Shown here: positions 39,026-47,376 of the stretch, piece after piece
How the letters are laid out: every line of letters starts with the position of its first letter
Numbering within the stretch: position 1 is the first letter of the stretch
Position numbers and translations under genes: made by a program
Source of the DNA: Spirochaetia bacterium
GTDB lineage: Bacteria > Spirochaetota > Spirochaetia > UBA9216
Length of the DNA stretch: 64,000 nucleotides
Assembly (NCBI GenBank): GCA_963675665.1
Contig: OY776510.1
Coordinates: 1,600,001 to 1,664,000 of the forward strand
Reading direction: 5' to 3'
The notes under the pieces: model-generated
Databases searched by the model: none
What the model saw: the letters and a program-made list of their open reading frames with translations, nothing else
Told to the model about the DNA's origin: nothing

Positions 39026-40246
39026 ATGAAGGTATTGATCTGTAATGTCGGAAGTACATCGCTCAAATTTAAACTCTATGAGATGCCGGATGAGAATATT
39101 CTTGTGGACGCAAAAATCGAGCGGGTCGGCAGTACCGAGAATGCAATCTACGAGTACTGCAACCGAAGGGACGGGCAGGAGCTCCGGAAGGAGGGCAAAT
39201 CCGTTCCCAGGTACAGCGACGGAATAAACATGTTCCTGGCAAGCCTGCTGGATCCTTCATTAGGGGTTCTAGAATCGATTGATGAAATAGGTGTAATAGG
39301 TTTCAAGACGGTTCTTGCCAAGGATTTTTACGGGGTCCATGAACTGAGCAACGAGGTTCTCGAGGGGATGGAGGAATATCTTTTTGTGGCTCCGGCCCAT
39401 AACGGTCCCTACCTCGAGGCAATCAGGATGTTCAGAACCCTGCTTCCGAATATCATGCTTTTCGGGGTCTTTGAAACGGCATTTCATGAAACCATCCCCA
39501 TCGAGCGCAGGTTATATTCGCTTCCGTACGACTGGTACACCAAATACGGAATAATGCGGATGGGATACCACGGGGCTTCCCACAGTTATATATCAAGAAC
39601 GGTAACCGGCAATGAAGGAGGCACCGGCAGGCTGATCTGCTGCCATCTCGGCGGAAGCAGCTCCGTCTGCGCCGTGCTTAACGGTGAAAGCGTCGACAAC
39701 AGTTTCGGTTTTTCCCTGCAGACAGGGATTCCCCATGCCAGCCGCGCGGGAGATCTTGATTCGTATATTGTTCCCTTCCTGATGAATAACGGGATGGAGC
39801 TGGAAGAAATTATATACGGCATAAGTAAAAACGGAGGGCTTCTTGGGCTGTCGGGTGTCGACAAGGATATGCGTGAAATCCTTAATGCCGCGCGGGAAGG
39901 TAATTCCCGCGCCGGGCTTGCAGTAGATGTGTTCGTCTGCAGCATTGTGAGGTATATAGGAAGCTTCTACGCCGAGCTCGGAGGACTGGACCACCTGGTA
40001 TTTACCGGCGGAATCGGCGAGAATTCGCCGGAAATCAGGGAGCGGATATGCAGCGGCCTTGAGCATATGGGTATTGTTCTTGACCCGGAACTCAACAGTT
40101 CCGCCTGCGGTGCCGCAGTTGTTTCCGGCAGCGGTTCCGCCGTGAAGATCCAGGTTATTCCGACAAATGAAGAGATTGATATTGCCCGAAAATCATACGA
40201 TTTACTGGTTAAAAAAGGTGTCGGAGCCGGGGAGGTTAAAAGCTGA
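39026..40246 (+). CDS. Acetate/propionate kinase family protein (divergent)
   Basis: N.GSTSLK, AP.HN, F(E)TAFH, G.HG.SH, CHLG, GGLLGLSG, FTGGIGEN, TNEE. Confidence 0.88.
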   Translation: MKVLICNVGSTSLKFKLYEMPDENILVDAKIERVGSTENAIYEYCNRRDGQELRKEGKSVPRYSDGINMFLASLLDPSLGVLESIDEIGVIGFKTVLAKDFYGVHELSNEVLEGMEEYLFVAPAHNGPYLEAIRMFRTLLPNIMLFGVFETAFHETIPIERRLYSLPYDWYTKYGIMRMGYHGASHSYISRTVTGNEGGTGRLICCHLGGSSSVCAVLNGESVDNSFGFSLQTGIPHASRAGDLDSYIVPFLMNNGMELEEIIYGISKNGGLLGLSGVDKDMREILNAAREGNSRAGLAVDVFVCSIVRYIGSFYAELGGLDHLVFTGGIGENSPEIRERICSGLEHMGIVLDPELNSSACGAAVVSGSGSAVKIQVIPTNEEIDIARKSYDLLVKKGVGAGEVKS

Positions 40247-40247
40247 T

Positions 40248-42179
40248 ATGAGTATGTTTCCTGATGCCAATATACTGGACGTTAATCTTTCGACCGGGGA
40301 AATACAGAAGAATACGCTGGACGGGGAAACCTACCGTCTCTACCCGGGCGGCTGCGCACTTGCAAGCTACCTGATCCTGAACAGCGGCATGCCGCCTGCT
40401 GCCGACCCGCTTTCTGATGAGGCGGTGATGGTTTTTGCCGTTTCACCGACAGTAGGGCTTCCTTTCTCAGGGAATTCCAGAATGACCGTTGCGGCAAAAA
40501 GCCCGCTTACGGGAACGCTGGGCCTGTCCGAAAGCGGCGGGTTTTTCCCCGCCCGGATGGCCGCAAACGGCTGGGATGCCATGGTTTTCAGGGGCAGGTC
40601 CGCCGGACCGGTTTACCTTTATATTGACGGTGATTCTGCCGAGCTGTGTGATGCATCAGGGTTCTGGGGTAAAACAACCCTGGAAACCGAACAGTATCTG
40701 AAAGAAACAACAGGCGATAAAAGCCTTGAAATTGCCGAAATAGGACCGGCAGGTGAAAATCTGGTACGTTATGCTTCGATAATGACGCTTGCGACCCGGG
40801 CAAACGGAAGAAACGGTATGGGTGCCGTGATGGGGTCGAAGAAACTGAAGGCGGTAGTACTGAAAAAGCGCAAGCCGAAACAGCCGTTTGATAAAGAGGC
40901 TTTCAGAAACGCTTTCACGGCGTCTGTCTGGGCCAGGATTGAGAATAATGCAGCGACAAAAAACCTCGGTATAAACGGCACCAATTCAGGCCTGAAGGCT
41001 ACCAGCGATGCCGGGTTCCTGATGACAAGAAACGGTCAGACCTGCACCTTCGGTGAAAAAGCGGAAAAAATTACCGGCAACCTCATGACCGGGACTATCC
41101 TTGAAAAGCGTGATACCTGCTACGGATGCTCAATCAGGTGCAAACGGGCAATCTCGATACCCGAAAGGGGCGTGATCCCGGAATACGGAGGCCCGGAATA
41201 TGAATCGGTAGCCACTCTCGGCGCGTTCTGCGATGTTGATGATCTGGGTGATATATGCGTGGCCAACCAGCTGTGCAATATGTACGGCATGGATACCATT
41301 TCGCTCGGTGCAACAATAGCGTTTGCAATGGAATGCTATGAAGAGGGAATTATCGATGAAGAGACTACAGGCGGAACAGCGCTTCATTTCGGAAACGGAA
41401 AGATCTTCGAAGAGCTGATTAAACAGATTGCTTACCGATCGACACCTTTCGGAAACCTGATGGCCGAAGGCAGCGGGAGGCTGATCGAAGTTTTCGGAAA
41501 GGAAAGCGCCGGGTTTTTCATGGGCGTCAAGAAACAGGAATTCCCTGCGCATATGCCGATGTACAAGCACGGGCTGGCGCTTCACTATGCGGTAAATCCG
41601 TACGGCGCCGATCACGCGTCATGCACTCATGACCAGCTTCTTATCGGGCCTTCCGACAGCGAAGGAAGAATGCGGATGGCGTCCCTCGGGTTGTGGAAGG
41701 GGAACGAAAACTGTTTCGGAATAGATGATGAAAAGGTAAGGATGGTGGTAATAGGTGAGCGTTTCTATACGGTCATGAATATCTTCGGTCTCTGTGTTCT
41801 TGCCTGGGGCCCCGGGTGGCAGCTTTACGGTCCTTCTGACCTGATAAATGTCCTTAAATACGGCCTGGGTTTTGAAACTTCCGTTGCCGACCTTATGCTC
41901 TGTGCGGAACGGCAGATAGCGATGATGAGAGTTTTCAATTACCTAGCCGGGTTTCGGCCGGATGTTGATGACATGCTTCCTCCGCGGGTTTATGAGCCGC
42001 TCCCCGAGGGGTTGAATAAAGGGGTTTTTCTGAATCCTGATGAAGTGGAAAAAGGCCGGCAGCTCTATTACGGAATGACGGGTACCGACCCGGAAACAGG
42101 CTGTCCGGACGACACTACTGTAAAAAAACTGTCGCTTCAGTGGCTTAAGGAGAAAATATCCTGTGAATGTTGCAGTTAA
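40248..42179 (+). CDS. Tungsten-dependent aldehyde:ferredoxin oxidoreductase family protein
   Basis: KSPLTG, SGG.F, IGPAGEN, GR.G.GAVMGSKKLKA, CxxCxxxC, GPEYES, LCN.YG.DTIS, D.LP.R. Confidence 0.92.
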   Translation: MSMFPDANILDVNLSTGEIQKNTLDGETYRLYPGGCALASYLILNSGMPPAADPLSDEAVMVFAVSPTVGLPFSGNSRMTVAAKSPLTGTLGLSESGGFFPARMAANGWDAMVFRGRSAGPVYLYIDGDSAELCDASGFWGKTTLETEQYLKETTGDKSLEIAEIGPAGENLVRYASIMTLATRANGRNGMGAVMGSKKLKAVVLKKRKPKQPFDKEAFRNAFTASVWARIENNAATKNLGINGTNSGLKATSDAGFLMTRNGQTCTFGEKAEKITGNLMTGTILEKRDTCYGCSIRCKRAISIPERGVIPEYGGPEYESVATLGAFCDVDDLGDICVANQLCNMYGMDTISLGATIAFAMECYEEGIIDEETTGGTALHFGNGKIFEELIKQIAYRSTPFGNLMAEGSGRLIEVFGKESAGFFMGVKKQEFPAHMPMYKHGLALHYAVNPYGADHASCTHDQLLIGPSDSEGRMRMASLGLWKGNENCFGIDDEKVRMVVIGERFYTVMNIFGLCVLAWGPGWQLYGPSDLINVLKYGLGFETSVADLMLCAERQIAMMRVFNYLAGFRPDVDDMLPPRVYEPLPEGLNKGVFLNPDEVEKGRQLYYGMTGTDPETGCPDDTTVKKLSLQWLKEKISCECCS

Positions 42180-42363
42180 CGGTAAAAATATGCTGTTGGC
42201 CGACAACAGCAGTCTCCCGTCTCTGATTGAGAGTATGGGGTTTCAGGACAACAGCTCGGCAGTATGGATTAACGGCAGGAAACTGCAGTTCCGGGAATAC
42301 AGTGAAACTGTTCTCCGGGGCGGAGACAATGTAAAAATTATGCAGATTGTAATAGGCGGGTGA
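42163..42363 (+). CDS. ThiS/MoaD-like sulfur carrier protein
   Basis: 66 aa ubiquitin-like; VNG, GD.V.I, C-terminal GG. Confidence 0.88.
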   Translation: MNVAVNGKNMLLADNSSLPSLIESMGFQDNSSAVWINGRKLQFREYSETVLRGGDNVKIMQIVIGG

Positions 42364-42434
42364 TTTTTGAGGTTTTTAAAGGAGAGGCAATTTTAAAAAT
42401 GAGAAATTTTTGAAATTGCTACATTAGATTTATG

Positions 42435-42497
42435 TGGAGTATTTTTGACATTTAGTTATAGACTAAACATTTATATTATTTTGTCAAAAATACTCCA
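42435..42497. repeat. Perfect 16-bp inverted repeat with an inner palindrome
   Basis: tggagtatttttgaca ... tgtcaaaaatactcca; inner tttagt-tatag-actaaa. Confidence 0.8.
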
Positions 42498-42548
42498 AAG
42501 GACTCTTTCAAAACAAACCGAGTTTTGAAAGAGCCTCAGGAGGATGTT

Positions 42549-43034
42549 TTGGTCAGATTTGTAGATAAAATAATGCGGGTTGTCGAAGTCATAATGATTG
42601 CCCTTCTTACGGCGGCCGTCCTTGTGATAGTGGCGCAGATCTTCTGGCGCTATGTGTTAAGGGCGCCGCTCGGGTGGACCGAGCAGGTGGCAAGAACAGG
42701 TTTTATCTGGCTCGTCATGCTGGGTATCCCTGCTATGTTCAACAGAAATATAAAAATGTCTTTCGATATTATTCTCAATAAAATTCCGGGCAGGGCAAAT
42801 ACTGTCATCCAGTTTGCTCTTCTTCTTGTGGGACTGTCCTTCTGCGTATTCTATTTTACTGCAGGACTTCAGCTCTGCATGAGGACCGGCGGACGGATGG
42901 TTCCCGGTATGCCTATTCCGCTGAACCTGCTGTACAGTGCACAGCCTGCCGGGTCAGCGCTGCTGTTCATCGTATTTTTAAAACAGACGGTTCTTCTGTT
43001 TCATGAAACAGCAACTGAAGTGAGGAGCATATAA
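42549..43034 (+). CDS. dctQ: TRAP transporter small permease
   Basis: RYVL..PL.WTE..AR...IW motif, 4 TM; TTG start after SD caggagg. Confidence 0.88.
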   Translation: MVRFVDKIMRVVEVIMIALLTAAVLVIVAQIFWRYVLRAPLGWTEQVARTGFIWLVMLGIPAMFNRNIKMSFDIILNKIPGRANTVIQFALLLVGLSFCVFYFTAGLQLCMRTGGRMVPGMPIPLNLLYSAQPAGSALLFIVFLKQTVLLFHETATEVRSI

Positions 43035-44308
43035 TGGTAGCTGTAATACTTATTGTTTTTTTCAGCTTATTGCTGATGGGAACTCCTATTATCATTTCGA
43101 TGGGCGGCACAAGCATGATGTGGCTGCTGACCCACACCTCTGTTCCCAACCTTGTTATAGCCCAGAAGATGTTTACGGCAACCGACAGTTTTGCACTGAT
43201 GGCTGTTCCGTTCTTCATGCTTGCCGGCCAGATAATGGAACGCACGGGCATAACCGAAGACATCGTTAAATTCGCGAAAAGCGCTGTCGGCCATATACAG
43301 GGCGGGCTGGCGCATACTTCCATTGCTTCTGGAATCCTGATGGCGGGGATCTCCGGCTCGTCCAACGCGGACGCTTCAGCGCTCGGGGCTATTCTGCTGA
43401 AGGGAATGAAGAAGGGCGGTTATGAAGACGGCTGGTCGGTGGCAATTGTTTCAGCCGCGGCAAGCCTCGGGCCGATAATTCCGCCGAGTATTATCATGAT
43501 ACTCTACGGAAACGCTGCGGGGCTCAATATAGGCAAGCTGTTTATGGGCGGAATAATTCCGGGGCTTATTCTCGGTCTCGGCTACATGGTTGTCAGCTAT
43601 TTCTATGCTAAAAGCAAGGGAATGCCGCTGCAGCCCTTTGCAGGTTTCAAAAATATCTGGATCAGCTTCACCAGGGCTATCTGGGCTCTTTTCATGCCAA
43701 TCATTATTCTCGGCGGTATTCTTCTAGGAGTTTTTACTGCAACCGAAGCAGGTGTAACCGCTATAGTCTACGGACTGATATACGGACTGGTCAGAAAGAA
43801 GATGAGTCCTAAGCAGATTTTCGAAGCTGTACGTGATGCGGCAATATCATCAGCGGGACCAATCGGCATTATAGCGATATCCAGTATTTTCAGCTACATC
43901 CTTGCCCGCGAGGGAATCACGACCATGATTTCAAACTTCTGCCTGTTGCACATTTCGTCACCACAGCTGATGCTGATGTTTGTTGCAATAGTCTGTGTGG
44001 TTGCTGGCTGCTTTATAGACGGGGTTGCAACAATGCTTCTGCTTACGCCGATCTTCCTGCCAATCGTTCAGGGCATGGGAATCGATGTTCAGCAGTTCTC
44101 AATAATATTCATGGTGGCTGTCATGTCCGGAGGTTTGACTCCCCCGGTCGGAAGTATTCTGTTTGTCGTCACATCAATAGACAACACACCGTTCAGCAAG
44201 GTAGTAAAACCGATACTTCCCTTTGTTTCTATTGTTGCGGTTGTAATGCTGCTGATGATTTTTATTCCGGGTTTAACAACCCTGGTTCCCGGCCTGTTCG
44301 GGTACTGA
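43034..44308 (+). CDS. dctM: TRAP transporter large permease
   Basis: A.PFF.LAG, GISGS..AD, IIPPS, GVFTATEA, TPPVG. Confidence 0.93.
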   Translation: MVAVILIVFFSLLLMGTPIIISMGGTSMMWLLTHTSVPNLVIAQKMFTATDSFALMAVPFFMLAGQIMERTGITEDIVKFAKSAVGHIQGGLAHTSIASGILMAGISGSSNADASALGAILLKGMKKGGYEDGWSVAIVSAAASLGPIIPPSIIMILYGNAAGLNIGKLFMGGIIPGLILGLGYMVVSYFYAKSKGMPLQPFAGFKNIWISFTRAIWALFMPIIILGGILLGVFTATEAGVTAIVYGLIYGLVRKKMSPKQIFEAVRDAAISSAGPIGIIAISSIFSYILAREGITTMISNFCLLHISSPQLMLMFVAIVCVVAGCFIDGVATMLLLTPIFLPIVQGMGIDVQQFSIIFMVAVMSGGLTPPVGSILFVVTSIDNTPFSKVVKPILPFVSIVAVVMLLMIFIPGLTTLVPGLFGY

Positions 44309-44378
44309 TGATATGGTAATTAACCGTGTGCGCAGCGGTTATTATATTTTTCGGATTATATTTTTCAGGAGGAAAAAG

Positions 44379-45422
44379 ATGAAGAGATTTGGACTTATGG
44401 TACTTGTGTTACTATGCGTCGGAGGGTTGACTGTTTATGCAAATGGAGCGGCAGAAGAGACAAAAGCAGCTTCAGGCGGTGATGCTCTTGCTGATCAGGA
44501 GCCGATTACAATAGTATTTGCTACTCCGAACGGGGCTAATAACATTGAATCCATCTATTCGCAGAAATGGATGGAGCTGGTAAAGGAAAGAAGCGAAGGC
44601 AAGATTGATTTTCAGTATACAAACGGCGGAGCTCTCGGGTCCTATGCCGAGCTGCTGGAAGGTATTGAATACGGCGTTTACGATATGTCCATTACCGATG
44701 TAAGTTACATCCAGAATTACGTTCCGGAATCAGTAGTACTGACCCTGCCGTTTATCTTTGATAATTACGATCATGCCGCAAAAGTATTTACAGGTGATAT
44801 CGGCAAGTGGTATGCGGATCTTGTTTCAGAGCAGACCAACATTAAGGTTCTTAACTATTATTTCTGCGGGTTCCGTTATATCTGTTCAAAAAAGCCTATC
44901 AAATCGCTTGATGATTGCGAGAATGAACTTATCCGTTCACCGCAGATTCAGGTTTATAATGATCTTCTCGGGCTGATGGGATTCAGCTATGTTACAATGG
45001 CCTGGTCGGAAGCATATACTGCAATGTCTACAGGCGTTATTAATGCAGTGGAGGTTCCCCTGCAGAACATCTATGAAGCCGGTTTTTATGAACTCGGCAA
45101 TAATATTACCGGAACAAGACATCTGCTTTCAGTTAACAATGTAGTAGCGAATGAACAGTTCTGGGATGAACTCCCGGCAGTCTATAAAGATATAATGGTT
45201 GAAGCGCTTGATGAGGTTACATCTGATGAATATGTAGCTGTAGCCAATAATGAATCTGATTATATTAACAAACTTAAAGATGAAGGTTGTGCATTCCATG
45301 AATTTGATCAGGCAGCTAAGAAACAGCTTAATGATACATTTTCTAATTACTGGCTTGATAAAGTGTCCGTCCTTGGAAATGATGTAGTTTCTGTTCTTGA
45401 TGATATTGTTTCTCTGAAATAA
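44379..45422 (+). CDS. dctP: TRAP transporter solute-binding protein
   Basis: Signal peptide MKRFGL..., G.LG, LPF.F, GFR, conserved Arg (IRSP), E.YTA..TG. Confidence 0.9.
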   Translation: MKRFGLMVLVLLCVGGLTVYANGAAEETKAASGGDALADQEPITIVFATPNGANNIESIYSQKWMELVKERSEGKIDFQYTNGGALGSYAELLEGIEYGVYDMSITDVSYIQNYVPESVVLTLPFIFDNYDHAAKVFTGDIGKWYADLVSEQTNIKVLNYYFCGFRYICSKKPIKSLDDCENELIRSPQIQVYNDLLGLMGFSYVTMAWSEAYTAMSTGVINAVEVPLQNIYEAGFYELGNNITGTRHLLSVNNVVANEQFWDELPAVYKDIMVEALDEVTSDEYVAVANNESDYINKLKDEGCAFHEFDQAAKKQLNDTFSNYWLDKVSVLGNDVVSVLDDIVSLK

Positions 45423-45443
45423 TTATATTTGCCTGTGTTTTGT

Positions 45444-45479
45444 CTGATTTGCCGGAAGATAAGGCTTCCGGTAAATCGG
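45444..45479 (+). terminator. Hairpin after dctP (stabiliser/attenuator)
   Basis: ctgatttgccggaag-ataagg-cttccggtaaatcgg. Confidence 0.55.
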
Positions 45480-45524
45480 GCAGATCATGTCCGGTATCAT
45501 TGTTGACTAAGGAGGAATGATAAA

Positions 45525-46484
45525 ATGAAAATTGAAGCATCGCGTTCGGCGTTTTCATCCTGCAACGATCGTTTCATGAAAAACTACAAGAAGGATATAC
45601 CGTTTGAAGAGCAGTGCCGGATTCTGAAAGAAATTGACTATGTTGATGCTATTCCTGTTACTTATACCAGGGAGACCGATCCTGAAAAGCTTAAGGCATA
45701 CCTTGCGGACCAAGGCCTGAGGGCGGGAACGGTCGTTCCGAATACTTACTCTGACATCAACTATGCCAACGGAACCCTGACCAACCGCGATAAAAAGATC
45801 CGGACCGGGATTACAGCATTCTGTGCCGAAGCACTGGACTTCTGTGAAGCCGTCGGCGGTGTTGATGTGATGCTGTGGCTTGGTCACGACGGGTACGATT
45901 ACCCTTTTGAAGATGACTACAGTATGAGGTGGGACTGGCTTGTAGAGAACCTGCATACAGTTGCATCCCGCAGAAACGATGTAAAAGTCGCTATTGAATA
46001 TAAACCGGCGGATCCGAGGATTTACCAGTATATCTCGAGTGCCGCAAAGGCCCTTGTGCTTTGCAACGAGGTCGGACTCGACAATCTCGGGGTCATTCTG
46101 GATTACGGGCATGCTTTGGTAGCAGGCGAATGCCCTGCTGAGAGCGTCGACCTTCTTGCCAGACATAAAAGGCTTTTTCATATTCATCTTAGCGATAATT
46201 ATTCAAAAACCGACGACGATATGATAATGGGAAGCGTAAGCCTGTGGCAGACCTTGGACTTCCTTTATCACCTACAGAAGGCCGGTTACGACGGGTGGTA
46301 TGTAATGGATATCTGGCCGCCTCGGATGGACGGTGTTGCAGCAACCCGGACCTTTGTAAATATAGCAAGGGGATTGTGGGAAATAGCAGGTTCGCTGCCG
46401 CGGGATCTTATACGGCAATACCAGGAAGAAAATAATGTTCCGGCAATTTTTGATCTTCTCGGAAATCATGTGCTGAAAATATAA
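45525..46484 (+). CDS. Xylose-isomerase-like TIM-barrel sugar isomerase
   Basis: G.LT..D..R, WLG.DG.DYPF, EYKP..PR, D.GH, HIHL.DN...DDD, D.WP metal-ligand motifs. Confidence 0.82.
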   Translation: MKIEASRSAFSSCNDRFMKNYKKDIPFEEQCRILKEIDYVDAIPVTYTRETDPEKLKAYLADQGLRAGTVVPNTYSDINYANGTLTNRDKKIRTGITAFCAEALDFCEAVGGVDVMLWLGHDGYDYPFEDDYSMRWDWLVENLHTVASRRNDVKVAIEYKPADPRIYQYISSAAKALVLCNEVGLDNLGVILDYGHALVAGECPAESVDLLARHKRLFHIHLSDNYSKTDDDMIMGSVSLWQTLDFLYHLQKAGYDGWYVMDIWPPRMDGVAATRTFVNIARGLWEIAGSLPRDLIRQYQEENNVPAIFDLLGNHVLKI

Positions 46485-46501
46485 TTAAGGAATGATATTT
46501 T

Positions 46502-46816
46502 ATGGAAAGATTTGTCTGGAAAGGCCGTGTGCAGTCCGGAAAGCTCAGTGAATATATAAAAAAACATGATGAGATCTGGTCCGAAATGGTAGACCTGATG
46601 CACAGGGCCGGAATGCGTAATTATTCGATCTGGAATAATGATCTGGAACTGATAGGGTATTATGAATTTGACGGCCCGGAAAAGAAACAGCAGGTCTATC
46701 GCGAACACCGGGATGTTCTCGATAAATGGACCGCCCATATGGGCGGAATAATGGAGATGGACAGGGACGCAAATGGAAGCGTCCTGGTTTATAAACAGGT
46801 TTTTTTAATGGAATAG
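46502..46816 (+). CDS. L-rhamnose mutarotase family protein
   Basis: EY.K.HD.IW.E...AG..NYSI, W...M, VF. Confidence 0.85.
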   Translation: MERFVWKGRVQSGKLSEYIKKHDEIWSEMVDLMHRAGMRNYSIWNNDLELIGYYEFDGPEKKQQVYREHRDVLDKWTAHMGGIMEMDRDANGSVLVYKQVFLME

Positions 46817-46828
46817 GAAGCAGTTGTT

Positions 46829-47314
46829 ATGAATAAGGACGTTCAGAAGCTTTTCCCAAGGCTGGCGCAGGTAGGCGTGGTTGTAAGGGACCTTGAGGCT
46901 TCAATAAAAGAATACGAAAAGATTCTCGGAATTAAACCCCACCGCGTAATCGAACAGTCGCCTACCGGTAACGGGAAAAAATATTACTACGGAAAGGAAT
47001 CGAATTTCTTCCAGAAAGTAGCCCTTTACCAGCTTGGCGATATTGAATTCGAATTACTGCAGCCGTTCGGAAGCGATTCGGTACTGAAAGATTACCTTGA
47101 AAAGTACGGAGAGGGTATCCATCATATCGCGTTTGACACAGGCGATTTTAAAGGCGTATGCACTCATTTTGAGGAAAACGGGATACCTCTGGCCCAGACC
47201 GGTCCGACATCACGCCATCCGGCCCTTAAGTGGGCTTTCTTTGATACCGTTAAGGAATTAGGGACTACTATCGAAGTCTTTAATGCGCTTGAAGTTTCTA
47301 GGCTTGAAGAATAA
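46829..47314 (+). CDS. VOC/glyoxalase family protein (methylmalonyl-CoA epimerase-like)
   Basis: QVGVVV.D, ELLQP, YL...GEG.HHIAF, DT...G..IE. Confidence 0.85.
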   Translation: MNKDVQKLFPRLAQVGVVVRDLEASIKEYEKILGIKPHRVIEQSPTGNGKKYYYGKESNFFQKVALYQLGDIEFELLQPFGSDSVLKDYLEKYGEGIHHIAFDTGDFKGVCTHFEENGIPLAQTGPTSRHPALKWAFFDTVKELGTTIEVFNALEVSRLEE

Positions 47315-47376
47315 TAATCATTAATCCAGATCTTCCCGATTTATATCTGCCGACTTAGTGATAAGGAGAAATTATT

